A stretch of 64,000 bases of DNA, from positions 20,584,001 through 20,648,000 of the forward strand of contig NC_135808.1 in the NCBI RefSeq assembly GCF_964213995.1. Reading direction: 5' to 3'. The notes under the pieces are model-generated. The model was not told the DNA's origin. It searched no databases and saw only the letters and a program-made list of their open reading frames with translations. The stretch is from Mustelus asterias (lineage: Eukaryota). Below, piece after piece: positions 12,801 to 23,638 of this stretch. The translations under genes were made by a program, and so were the position numbers. How positions within the stretch are numbered: the stretch's first letter is position 1; every line of letters begins with the position of its first letter.

Positions 12801-15800
12801 ACAGAGGGTGGTGAATGTCTGGAATAAGCTGCTAGAGGTAGTAGTAGAGGCGGGTACAACTTTATCTTTTAAAAAGCATTTAGATTGTTACATGGGTACG
12901 ATGTGTATAGAGGGATATGGGCCAAATGCGGGCAATTGGGATTAGCTTGGCGGTTTAAAAATAAAGGGCGGCATGGACAGGTTGGGCCGAAGGGCCTGTT
13001 TCCATGCTGTAAACCTCTATGACTCTACCATAACTTCCCCACTGGTGTATTCCAGTCTGTCTAACAGAATGTAATTGCAATCCTTCACTCGTATATTTAA
13101 TTAGTTATTAGACCTGACACTTTTATTCATTTCAGAATACTCTTCCCAATTGAATTACAAGTGAGTGCCAGGGTCTGAGATAGGATACATGATCCTGACT
13201 CCACAAACCGGAATGTCAGGTAATCGGGATGGTGGTGAAAGAACTTGCACAAAGGGCTGATAAGGGTTATACAGCTGTTTTGCCACTGAACCCAGCCTTT
13301 TTACAAATGGCAGAAGAAGCTGAAATCCACCATGTGGAATCCCAGAGGGGGGAAGGGTGTCTGACCCACTCTCCCACCCAGCCCCAGAGGGGAGAAAAGG
13401 ACAGTGTCTGACCCACTGTCCCACCCAGCCCCAGAGGGGGGAAAAGGACAGTGTCTGACCCACTGTCCCACCCAGTCCCAGAGGGGGAAAGGACAGTGTC
13501 TGACCCAGTGTTCTATCCAGTCCCAGAGGGGGAAAGGACAGTGTCTGACCCACTGTCCCACCCAATCCCAGAGGGGGAAAATACAGTGTCTCACCCACTC
13601 AGTCCCAGAGGGGAAAAAGACAGTAGCTAACTATTATCCAGAGTACATGGACTACGGTAGTTTCAGATATCGCAGTCGGGAGAATCCCTTACCCGTTACA
13701 GTGAGGTGCGTTCCTGCTCCATATTCCGGGACCTGACCCTTCATTTTGACACTGCAGTAATACAGCCCGGAATCGTTCAATCTCAAGTTCCTTATTCGAA
13801 TGGAAGCGGTAAAAGCATCCTCTTCTTCAGGCCTGAAGATCCGCCCTTTGTACTCTGCTGTTCCATTGGAAATTTCCGTGCCATTCCTAGTATTCTTGTA
13901 CCACTGAAAACTCCCTTTTCCAGCAGAGACAGGAGCTGTGTGAGTACAGGGAATGAGCACTGTCTGTCGTTCTGCAGCCTGGATATTCGGCAACTTCTGA
14001 ATCACTCGGAATTCTGCCTTTCTTTCTGGAAATTGAACAAAAAATTGCAATCCGATTTGGAATTCAAAAGTACCCCAGTAGAATGACTAAAATCGTCAAC
14101 TTGCAGCGAGACTTGTCTTTCTCAGTACATGCCTGGTTGTGTAACTAACCAGTAGGGCTGTTCTTCACGTATGGGCTATTTTAACAAGGGGCTTCCTTTG
14201 CTATTTAAACACAAACAGGGGCGGGGTGAAATTGAATAGAACAGGCGGTGTCGCACCAGCAACACTAAACTCGCTACTGTTGTCAGACTTTTGAATGGAT
14301 CTACCTTGCATTAAGTTGATCTTTCTCTACACCCTAGCTATGACTGTAACACTACATTCTGCACTCTCTCCTTTCCTTCTCTATGGTGTACCCTGTCTGT
14401 ATAGCGCACAAGAAACAATACTTTTCACTGAATGCTAATACATGTGACAATAATAAATCAAATCAAATCACCCCTTAGACACATCGCCCCATATTCAATT
14501 CCACTGAGTTCAGTAGCGCTGAGCATGGGATGTGTGGTACAACAAGAGTTAGAAGCCCGTATCCCATCCCTGTTCCACCCACCCCTACCAAGTGACAGTC
14601 TAAAATAAGCGGTACAATTCTTAAAGGGGTGCAGGAGCAGAGGAACCTGGGTAGATATATGCATAAATCATTGAAGGTGGCAAGACTGGTGGAGGGAGCA
14701 TTTAATAAAGCATGCAGTATCCTGGAACAAAAACAGAAAAATGCTGGAAAATCTCAGCAGGTCTGACAGCATCTGTGGAGAGAAAGAGTAGAGCCAATGT
14801 GGGCGGCACGGCGGCACAGTGGTTAGCATTGCTGCCTCACAGCGCCAGGAGCCCGGGTTCAATTCCAGCCTTGGGTCCCTGTCTGCGTGGCTTTCCTCTG
14901 AGTGCTCCGGTTTCTTCCCACAGTCCAAAGACATGCAGGTTAGGTCGATTGACCATGCTAAATTACTAGGGTGCATAACTATAAGGTTCATGGTGGGAGA
15001 TATAGGAGGGATGTCCGAGGTAGGTTCTTTACTCAGAGAGTGGTTGGGGTGTGGAATGGACTGCCTGCTGTGATAGTGGAGTCGGACACTTTTGGAACTT
15101 TCAAGCGGTTATTGGATAGACACATGGAGCACACCAGAATGATACGGAGTGGGATAGCTTGATCTTGGCTCCGGACAAAGCTTGGCACAACATTGAGTGC
15201 CGAAGGGCCTGTACTGTGCTGTACCGTTCTATAAGATATTCTATAAATTGACCCTAATGTCAGGGGGCTTAGCAGGGTAAATATGTGGGGTTATGGGAAT
15301 CGGGCTTGGGTGGTGTAGACTCGATGGGCCGAATGGCCTCCTTCTGCACTGTCGGGATTCTATGATTCTATGATTCTATGAACGTTTCGAGTCTAGTTGA
15401 CCCTTCGTCAGAGCTGTTTTTAACAAAAAAATGCTGGAAAGTCTCAGCAGGTCTGACAGCATTGTTTTTCAACGGAAAATCGAGACTCATCTCGACTCCA
15501 AACATCGGCTGGAATCTTACTGCCACACCCGCCCTGGAATCACGGCAAGCGGGGCTCGCAGAATGGAATTCTGCGTTGGCTTCGGCTGGGATTTTATGAG
15601 CCTCGCCCGCACAAGGTAGTAAAATCCTAGCCATTGGCTCTACCCTCTCTCCACAGATGCTGTCAGATCTGCTGAGTTTTTCCAGCATTTTTCTGTTTTT
15701 GTTTCGGATTCCAGCATCCACAGTATTTTGCATTTATCGTTGTATTTATGCAGTATCCTGGCTTTACTTATAGCAGCTCAGAGTACAAGAGTAAGGAGGT

Positions 15801-18800
15801 TATGGTGAACTTATGCAAGGCACTAGTTTTACCTCAGCTGGAATATTGTGCACAGTTTTGGGCATCTCACTATTGGAAGGTTGTGAACGCATTGGAGAGA
15901 GGGCAGCTGAGGTTCACAAGAATGGCTCCAGGGATGAGAAACTTCAGTTATGAGGATAGATTGGAGAGGTTGGGACTGTTCTCCTTGGAGAGAGGAAAGC
16001 TGAGAGGTGATTGGACAGAGATGTTCAAAATCATGCGGGGGATGGATAGAGTAGATAGGGCAAAACTGCTCCCGCTCATAAAAGGATCAAGAATGAGAGG
16101 GCACAGATTTCAAGAGATTTGTAAAAGAAGCAATTGTGATGTGAGAAAAAACTTTTCCACATCAGCAATGTAGGGTCTGGAATGGGCTGCCTGGAAATGT
16201 GCTGGACGCAGATCCAATTGAGGCATTCGAGAGGGCATTAGATGATTATTTGAATAGAAACAATGTGCAGCGTACAGAGGAAACTGTAGGGGAATAGCAC
16301 TAAGTCATGATGCTCATTGGGAGAGCCAGTGAAGACATGATGGGCCCGATGGCCTCCTTCTGCACCATAACAATTCTGTGATCAGTTATTTAAGATGGTT
16401 CAATATTCTCTTCTCCGTAGCTGAGTGGGTTTCTGTCTTTGGCATTCCCCAGCCTGGCAGTGGCACCAGTCACAGATCCCACTAGCTGACCGTGGTGCTG
16501 AATTCCCCCCTCTGTCACTCACCCGATACCTCAGATTGTCGAGTCACTTACCTCTCACTGTGAGCTGTGTCCCTGCTCCATATTCCTCACCCAGTTGCAT
16601 AATCAGCACTTTGCAGTAATAGACCCCGGAATCATTCACTCTCACATCTCTTATTACAATGGAGGCATCTCGCGATCGCAAAATATCCGCTTTGGACCTG
16701 TAGATCCGTTCTCTGTATTCTGCCGTCCCATTGGAAACCTCAGTGCCATTTCTGCCATCCTTGTACCATGTGTAAGACCATATCTTACTCTGGATGTTGG
16801 CTGTGAAGTTACAAGGGATGAACACCTCTTCTCCTGCCTTTGCCAAAATCGTGGGGCGCTCTTGAATAACGCTGAACTTTTCAGCGTTAAGTCCTGGAAA
16901 GAAGAGAGAAAAGTGTTACTGTATTACGGTGAGCGCTCTGGATGAAAGGGGAACTGGTGGATGTGCTGTACTTGGATTTCCAGAAGGCATTTGATAAGGT
17001 GCCACATCAAAAGTTGTTGTGGAAAATGGAAACTCAGAACATAGGGGCTGAGGGAGAATAATACCCATACTAATATGGAAGAGAGTAGTAATCTTTCCAC
17101 ATTGGTAACTGGCCAGTGAAAGCATTAAAAACAAAAAAATATATAGCTTGCACACAGTTATTAGCAGAGACATCCATGTTAGGATACTAAGCTGTTTTAC
17201 ATAGAATAACTATCTTTCAGGTAAGATAGGGAATCTTATTCTGGGGAAAGGCCATTAAAGTAGACATTGGGATGATTTATGTTCTAACATTCATTCACAG
17301 CTGAGATGTCTAAAGATAGTTGGAATGATACCCTATTGATGCAATGAAAAACCCTAACTTGGATTGGATATTATAAGTAAGCAAGGGTAAGGTAATTGTG
17401 ATTGGTTTTAATATCTGTACTTAATATATGATGTAGCATTAATCAATAACTGTGAGTGGACAGAGATAAGTCCTATATTTTGATTGGTATATGCTAATTA
17501 CTTGTAATCGAATTTGAAACTATAATTGCTTGCGTATTTCTCAATTCTGCACTCTGACTGGTCTTAAAGATTGGATCAGAGTCCTGTCGCTACAGGTGTC
17601 AATAAATCATCTTAAACCACTCCGTGACTTTGTCTGGCTATTTGAGGGAAATGGTAGTTTTAACTATGATAACAAGAAAAACATCGGACATCACACGTCA
17701 TACAACAGGGGCTAACCTTTCGGCATGGATTGGATAGCTAACCGCAGAGAGTTGTTCTTTTTCTGGTTTGCAGGATGTGCCAAGTGGTGTGCCATGGGGA
17801 TCAGTGTTGTGGCCCCAACCTGTTTTGTTAATAACTTGGATGAAGGCACAAAAGGTGTGGTTGCTAAATTTGATAATGCAAAGATAGGTAGGAAAGTAAA
17901 TTGTGAAGTGGACATAAGGAGGCCACAAAGGGACATAGATAATCTAAGTGATTGGGCAAACATTTGGCAAGTAGAATATAATGTGGGCAAATGTGAAATT
18001 GTCGATTTTGGCAGGAAGATTGAAAACTAAGCATATTCTCTAAATGGTGACCACTGTCCCAGCATTGAGCATTGGAAAAGACAAGGCCTACCTAATAGAT
18101 GCCTCCAGGATTATGGAAGCGGTTTACTGGATAGATGCAATGAATATTTTTTGCACTTTTAGGGAAGTCCAAACTAGGAGCCATGAATGTAAAATGGGCA
18201 ATAATACATTCAATAAGGAATACAGGAGAAACTAATTTACCCAGAGGGTGATGAGATTGGGGTACTGTCTACCACCTAGAGTGCTTTTGCTGAATATCAT
18301 GGATGCTGGTTAAACATGAGGAAGAAAGCATGAGAAGGGTACATTAAATAGGGACATGAAGAGAAAAGAGTGGAGGTTCGTCTGGGGCATAACGATATGA
18401 ATGGAGTGTGTGGGTCCCTTTGCCTCTTTCTGTGATGTACATTCTATGTAATCCAATTTAGTTATGCATTTGGACAGAATCCAATTGGCAAATGTCGACC
18501 AATAGACAGTAATATCAACCTGTGTTTATATATATGCCTTTTAACATTGGACACAGAGGAGCTGTGACATAGTGGTATTGTTACTGACATTGTTAATGAA
18601 CAACGTCACTGATACTGTTTTTGAATTAGTCATGAAGAGACCCAGAGTGATGATCTGGAGTCCCAGGTTCGAATCCAGCCACTGCAGATGGTAAAATTTG
18701 AATTCAATAAAAATCTAGAATTAAAAGTTTAACGGTGAACATCATTGTAAAAACTCATAATGTATCTTTAGTCAAGGAAATCTACCATCCTTACCTGGTC

Positions 18801-21413
18801 TGGCCTACATGTGATTTCAGATACATAGCAATGTGGTTGACTCTTAACTGCCCAGTCATCAATAAAAGAAAACAAGTTATATAAGGCCAGAGTTGGGCAA
18901 ATGGCCAAATATTTGATGCAATAGGAGGGTGTTAAAGGAGAAAAGAGAGGTCCCAGGAGGCAAGGGCACAGCCACCAAAGGAGTGCTGTCAAAACCAGAA
19001 TTAACCAAGTGCCTATATCCTGGAGGATTGACGATTGGAAGTGGTTACAGAGACACGCCAAGAAGGCATTTGAAAACAAGGATGGGAATTTTAATCAAAG
19101 CAAAACACTGTGGGTGCTGGAAATCTGAAATAAAAGAAAGCAAATGCCGGAAATATTCAGCAGGATTGGCAGCATGTGTGGAGAGAGAAACAGGGGTAAT
19201 GTTTCCAGTCGGTATGACTCTACTTCAGAGCTGAGAATCTTAAAATCGGGGCTTTGCTTAATCTGTGTAGGTCAGGGAGCAGAGATTTTTTTCCTCACTC
19301 TTTATTTATTCTTTAATGGGATTTGTGCATCAAAGGCAAAGTCAATATTTGTCGCCCATCCCTAATAATGTGGGGAGGCAGTGACGCAGTGGTATTGTCG
19401 CTGGCCGAGTAATCCAGGGTAATGCTCTGGAGACCCGGGTTCAAATCCCATCACAGCCGATGGTGACATTTGAATTCAATTAAAAAATGGGGAATTAAGA
19501 ATCTACTGATGACCTTGAAACCATCGTCGATTGTCGGAGAAACCCATCTGGTTCACTAATGTCCTTTAGGGAACATGAGTATCTGTGATGGAGGAAATCA
19601 CATCTGTTATCACTTGTCCTAAAAACTCATCTGGTTCACTAACGTCCTTTAGGGAAGGAAATCTGCCATCCTTACCTGTTCTGGCGTACAAGTGACTCTA
19701 GACCCACAGCGATGTGGTTCACTCTTAAATGCCCTCAGGGATGGGCAATAAAGGGTGGCCCAGCCAGCGACGCCCACATCCCATGAACGAATAATAAAAA
19801 AAAAATTGCGAATTGCCCTTGAACTGAGCGAATTGCTGTTTATGAAAGCAAGGAAGAGAGAAGCACATTGCTGTGGCTCTAGAGTCACATGTAGGCCAGA
19901 CCAGGTAAGGATGGCAGATTTCCTTCTCTAAAGAATATTCATGAACCAGATGAGTTTTTAGGACAAGTGATAACAGATCTGATTTTCACCATCACAGATA
20001 TTCATTCCAGATATATTTTTATTAACGGAATTTAAAGGAACAAGCTGCCGTGACAAGGTTTGAATCCATGCCTTTCACAGCATGAGCTTGGCCCTATAGA
20101 TAGCTCATCCAGCAACATTGCTTCTCTGCCACTCGGTGAGGGGAAAACAGGACTTGTTTCGGACGGGGGCTCCGGTTTACAGAAAGAGGGAGTTCAGTCA
20201 GGAATGCATTGGAATGGTCAAGCCGAGAGGCCACTAAAGCATGGATGACAGTTCCGGAACAGATGAGTTGAGGCAGAGCAGAATAAGGCTATTTGGGCAG
20301 CACAGTGGCACTGTGGTTAGCACTGCTGCCTCACAATGCCAGGGATCCGGGTTTGATTCCGACCTCGGGTCACTCTCTGTGTGGAGTTTGCACATTCTCC
20401 CCATGTCTGCGTGGGTTTCCTCCGGGTGCTCCGGTTTCCTCGCACAGTCAAGAGACATGCGGATTAGGTGGATTGGCCATGCTAAATTGCCCTTCAGTCG
20501 CCCATGATGTATAGGTTAGATGGGATTAACCAGGGTAAATTTTGGGATTACAGGGATAGAGCAGGGGATAGTGCCTGGATAAGATACTCTGTCAGAGAGT
20601 CAATTTGGGTGGCACAGTGACACAGTGAATAGCATTGTTGCCTCACAGTGCCAGGCACCCGGGTTCAATTCCGGCCTCGGGTCACTGTCTGTGTGGAGTT
20701 TGCATATTTTCCCCATGTCTGCGTGTGGGCGCTCCGATTTCCTTCCATCGTCCAAAGATGTGTGGGTTAGGTGGATTGGCCATGCTAAATTGCCCCTTAG
20801 TGTCAGGGGATTGGCAGCGTAAATAAGTGGGGTTATGGAAGTAGGGCCTGGTTGCGATTGTGGTTGGTGCAGACTTGATGGGCCGAATGACCGCTTCTGC
20901 ACTGTAGGGATTCTACGATTCTATGAGAGTCGGTGCAGACTCGATAGGCCGAATGGTCTCTTCTGCACTGTAGGGATTCTATGATTCCCTGAACCTCAAG
21001 ATACTTGCCCAGGACAGGGTTGGAGTCGTTTGATAGGAAACAGGATACCGAATCTGTAGTTGGGGAGGGAGGAGTGGGAGGAGGGATCCTGACTGCAATG
21101 GCTTTAGTCCTCAGAATAAAGGGGAAATCTCTGCTCACCCAGCACAGAGTGTTACACAAACAGTTTGATCAATCAGCAACAGCAGGGGAGTGCAGGGTGA
21201 GGTGATGTGTGGCGGAGCAAGCAGCAGTTTGGACAGCAAGGTAAAACAAGAGACAGTGACTGGGTGCTGCAAACCACTTTGATTTCCCACTGCCCATTCA
21301 CTGTTGTCCACTTTTGCATAGTTGCCCGAGACAGACTTGCAGCGTAAGCAACAAGGAAATGCCCACTTACCCCAGAAGGCAGCCAATATCCAGAGGATGG
21401 GACTTACGTTCAT
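799..21413 (-). CDS. Multi-exon gene (3' end probably beyond the window): NKp30/NCR3-like type I IgSF receptor with two VJ-type domains. Exons 21413-21371, 16893-16552, 14025-13693, 11783-11670, 4823-4805, 3602-3565, 839-799
   Basis: All seven exons have GT donors and AG acceptors with pyrimidine tracts. Phases chain 1/1/1/1/2/1/0 into a 930-nt open frame: MNVSPILWILAAFWGLNAEKFSVIQ..V1..LTVR-ERKAEFRVIQ..V2..LTVT-EKAKPMAVLLLILVVSTVVELGIFLSVAFYCLRLRRVN-DLRQAQ-RQSTITPEIACTD-YNITSPPDEMEQDL. Confidence 0.85.
1572..1825 (+). mobile_element. HE1-like V-SINE, 5' truncated
   Basis: Box B, V-domain and tail. Confidence 0.85.
2316..3285 (+). mobile_element. Deu-domain tRNA-derived SINE (SacSINE1-like) split by a CR1 insertion
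   Basis: tRNA head gtggtattgtcgctagactattaatccag..ggttcaaatcc and core ctggttcactagtgtcctttagggaaggaaatctgcc. Resumes at about 3180. Confidence 0.7.
2557..3180 (+). mobile_element. CR1/HER1 LINE 3' fragment (RT C-terminus + tail)
   Basis: ORF 2587-3081 LYRALVRPQLEYCVQYWSP..FFSQRVVNLWNSLP, (cttatgtt)n tail. Confidence 0.92.
3565..3602 (-). CDS. Cytoplasmic exon (R)QSTITPEIACTD
   Basis: gttcttcccttgcag| 38 nt |GTAAGT, phase 2 to 1. It restores the frame between its neighbours. Confidence 0.75.
4010..4585. mobile_element. Palindromic Penelope-derived element (family B) interrupted by an HE1 SINE (4153-4490, minus)
   Basis: Inverted arms gctggaaaatctcaacaggtctggcagcatctgt / acagatgctgccagacctgctgagattttccagc with hammerhead remnant gggtcatctggactcgaaa. 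Confidence 0.7.
4805..4823 (-). CDS. Cytoplasmic micro-exon (D)LRQAQ
   Basis: tttttttgtctccttgttcgttag| 19 nt |GTGAGT, phase 1 to 2. Confidence 0.7.
4906..5220 (-). mobile_element. HE1-like V-SINE
   Basis: Head, V-domain and tail. Confidence 0.85.
5812..6992 (-). mobile_element. CR1 3' fragment with nested HE1 SINEs (6031-6385 plus, 6440-6755 minus)
   Basis: CR1 peptides NLWNSLPQEAVEA and LKGLDRVD continue across two full SINE copies. Confidence 0.85.
7222..7733 (-). mobile_element. CR1 LINE 3' fragment
   Basis: ALERLQKRFTRMLPG..FFTQRVVGAW with frameshifts. Confidence 0.9.
8460..8772 (+). mobile_element. HE1-like V-SINE
   Basis: Full head to tail. Confidence 0.85.
9466..9785 (-). mobile_element. 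HE1-like V-SINE
   Basis: Full head to tail. Confidence 0.85.
10296..10635 (-). mobile_element. HE1-like V-SINE inside a degenerate CR1 (about 10140-11145, plus)
   Basis: Full SINE; flanks carry decayed CR1 RT sequence. Confidence 0.8.
11670..11783 (-). CDS. Transmembrane exon EKAKPMAVLLLILVVSTVVELGIFLSVAFYCLRLRRVN
   Basis: Acceptor tcttctctccacag|, donor G|GTAAGG, 114 nt, phase 1-1. Hydrophobic stretch followed by basic stop-transfer RLRR. Confidence 0.9.
12300..13027 (+). mobile_element. CR1 LINE 3' fragment
   Basis: ORF 12287-12814 RDLGVHVH..LYKTLVRPHLEYCVQFWSP. Confidence 0.92.
13358..13622. repeat. ~45-bp minisatellite, about 6 copies, in the V2-TM intron
   Basis: Unit tgtctgacccactgtcccacccagtcccagagggggaaaggacag repeated. 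Confidence 0.92.
13693..14025 (-). CDS. Ig V-set domain 2 (VJ-type, NKp30-like)
   Basis: Acceptor tttccag|A, donor G|GTAAGG, 333 nt, phase 1-1. Motifs IPC, QWYK, EISNGTAEYKGR, DSGLYYC, YGAGTHLTV. Confidence 0.95.
14272..14470 (+). mobile_element. Rex1/Babar-type LINE 3' end
   Basis: Matches the 3' end of the 43810-44865 copy, (aatca)n tail. Confidence 0.75.
14609..16380 (+). mobile_element. Nested stack: CR1 interrupted by Penelope-derived family B element (14726-15747), which contains an HE1 SINE (14800-15380, itself holding a CR1 3' end) and a MITE (about 15508-15632)
   Basis: 14-bp duplication atgcagtatcctgg at 14712-14725 and 15748-15761. CR1 ORF resumes at 15748. Imperfect TIRs ggctggaatcttac / gtaaaatcctagcc. 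Confidence 0.78.
15381..15414 (-). ncRNA. Minimal hammerhead ribozyme core (Penelope family B)
   Basis: Reverse strand reads CTGACGA-A-GGGTC-AACTA-GACTC-GAAA-CGTT. Confidence 0.7.
16552..16893 (-). CDS. Ig V-set domain 1 (VJ-type, NKp30-like)
   Basis: Acceptor tttccag|G, donor G|GTAAGT, 342 nt, phase 1-1. Motifs IPC, W (TWYK), DSGVYYC, J-like YGAGTQLTV. EVSNGTAEYRER and IRDVR resemble recalled human NKp30 EVRNGTPEFRGR and IRDVR. Confidence 0.95.
16938..18450 (+). mobile_element. Degenerate CR1 RT fragment (host of the solo LTR)
   Basis: VDVLYLDFQKAFDKVPH, then AKFDNAKIG..LSDWANIWQVEYNVGKC. Confidence 0.8.
17049..17707 (+). mobile_element. Solo LTR (659 bp) inserted into a decayed CR1 in the leader-V1 intron
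   Basis: TG...CA ends, 5-bp TSD ggggc (17044-17048, 17708-17712), TATAA at 17521, AATAAA at 17601. The CR1 RT sequence continues across it. Confidence 0.7.
18570..20135. mobile_element. Cluster of Deu-domain SINE copies and fragments (both strands)
   Basis: Repeated catctggttcactaatgtcctttagggaaggaaatctgcc core and tRNA-like heads. Confidence 0.7.
20294..20985 (+). mobile_element. Two HE1-like V-SINEs, nested or tandem
   Basis: Two heads and V-domains, duplicated tail. Confidence 0.85.
21371..21413 (-). CDS. Signal peptide exon MNVSPILWILAAFW(G)
   Basis: ATG at 21413, hydrophobic 14 codons + 1 nt, donor G|GTAAGT (phase 1). Joins V1 as ..FW-GLNA-EKFSVIQ, a plausible signal cleavage site. 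Confidence 0.85.
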
Positions 21414-21549
21414 TTTCCTGCAGGAAGTGGAGAAATAAATGACTCAAGACATGAAGTTAACACTCAAAATTCGCAAACAAAAAGGTCATTGCAATGTGAA
21501 GGATAAAAACTGAAGACGGGAGTGCAAAAAAGGGGAAAGCACAAGAAGC

Positions 21550-21892
21550 AGAATCATAGAAACACTACAGTGCAAAAGGAGGCCATTCGGCCCATTGAGT
21601 CTGCACCAACAACAATCCCACCCCAGGCCCTCTCCCCGCAACCCCACACATTTACCCTTCTAATCCCTCTAACCGACACATCCCAGGACACAAAGGGGCA
21701 ATTTAGCATGGCCAATGCACCTACCCGCACATCTTTGGACTGTGGGAGGAAACTGGAGCACCCAGAGAAAACCCACGCAGACACGGGGAGAACGTGCAGA
21801 TTCCACACAGACAGTGACCCAAGCCGAGAATCGAACCTGGGTCCCTGGCGCTGTGAAGCAGCAGTGCTAACCACTGCGCCACCGTGCCACCC
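21550..21892 (-). mobile_element. HE1-like V-SINE
   Basis: Full head to tail. Confidence 0.88.
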
Positions 21893-21959
21893 ACAATGCT
21901 GTGAAAAATGGAGTTGTTGTAATCCCAGAATGCTGTGAAAAATGATGCACCAGTGCAAA

Positions 21960-23556
21960 TAATGAACCTGGACAAGCAGAGAGGGTTAGAACTTGCTGTG
22001 CCTCTAGTCCAGCTGTTCCAATGCAGCAGCAACAAAGCTAACCCATCAGTCTCCTCGCGTTCATCAGCAAAGTAAAGGGAGGGACCATGACAATGCTATC
22101 AAGTGGCACTTACTCGGCAATAACCTGCTCACTCACGCTCAGTTTGGGTTCTACCAAAAGCACTCAGTTCCTGACCACAATCATAGAAACCCTACAGTGC
22201 AGAAGGAGGCCATTCGGCCCATCGAGTCTGCACCGACCACAATCCCACCCAGGCCCTATCCCCACATATTTACCCGCTAATCCCTCTAACCTACGCATCC
22301 CAGGACTCTAAGGGGCAATTTTTAACCTGGCCAATCAACCTAACCCGCACATCTTTGGACTGTGGGAGGAAACCGGAGCACCCGGAGGAAACCCACGCAG
22401 ACACGGAGCACCCGGAGGAAACCCACGCAGACACGAGGAGAACGTGCAAACTCCACACAGACAGTGACCCGAGCCGGGAATCGAACCCGGGACCCTGGAG
22501 CTGTGAAGCAGCAGTGCTAACCACTGTGCTACCGTGCCGCCCCTATCACAGCCTTGGTTCAAACATGGAGAGAAGAGCTGAACATCAGAGGTGAGGGGGG
22601 AGTGACTGCCCATGACGTTAAGGCAGCATTTGATCGAGTGTGATATCAAGGACCCCAAGCAAAACTAGAGTCAATGGGAAGTAGTGGGAAAGTCACCGCA
22701 GGTTGGAGTGACACTTGGCACAAGGGAAGGTGGTTGTAGTTGTTGAAGGTCAATAATCTCGGTCCCGGGGTATCACTGCAGGAGCTCCTCAGGATAGTGT
22801 CCTCGGCCTCATCAACTTCAACTTCTTCATCAATGACCTCCCTTCCATTATAACGTTAGCAACGGGGAAATTTGCTGATGACTGCACAATGTTCAGCACC
22901 ATTCCAGACTCCTCAGATACTGAAGCAATCTATGTCCAAAAGCAGCAAGCCCTGGACAATATCCAAGCTTGGGTTGACAAGTAGCAAGTATCATTTACGT
23001 CACACAAGTGCCAGGCAATGACCATCTCCAACAAGAGAGGATGTCACCATGTACCCATGGCATTCAATGGCATTTCCATCATTGAATCTCCCACTATGAA
23101 CATCCTGGGAGTTACCATTAACCAGAAACTGAACGGCACCAGCCATATAAATCCTGTGGCTGCAAGAGTAGGTCAAAGGTAGAAATCCGGTAGCGAGTAA
23201 CGCACCTCCTGACTCCCCAAAGCCTGCCCACAATCTGCAAAGCACAAGTCAGGAGTGTGATGGAATACGCTCCACTTACCTGGATGAGTGCAGCTCCAAC
23301 AACACTCGACACCATCCAGGACAAAGCAGCCTGCTTGATTGGTACCTCTTCTACAAACATTCACTCCCTCCACCACTGACAAGATGCACTGCACCAACTC
23401 CCCAAGGCTCCGTTAATAGCATCTTCCAAACCTCCACTGCATGGACTGCAGTGCTTCAAGAAGGCAACTCACCACCATGTTATCAAGGGGCAATTAAGGA
23501 TGGGCAACAAATGCTGGTCTGGCTAGTAAAGCTCATATCAGGTGAATGAATAAAAA
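21960..23556 (+). mobile_element. Old CR1/L2-superfamily LINE RT remnant with inserted HE1 SINE (22179-22543, minus)
   Basis: Decayed RT motifs (AAFDRV, PQDSVLG, FADDCT). A second related copy lies at 24570-25035. Confidence 0.7.
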
Positions 23557-23638
23557 GTTGCTCACTCTGATATCTGTACTCACACGGACTGGGAGCCAGG
23601 AGCAATGAGAAGTAAGCAAATGGATTTTTATTTTATTT

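Noticed and set aside
13358-13622. CRISPR-like array
   Set aside because: Eukaryotic tandem repeat without unique spacers
13358-16552. Rearranging Ig/TCR locus (RSS-like gacagtg in the VNTR, cacagtg in SINE heads)
   Set aside because: J motifs are already fused in frame and followed directly by splice donors. No heptamer-spacer-nonamer flanks the V exons and there is no C domain exon
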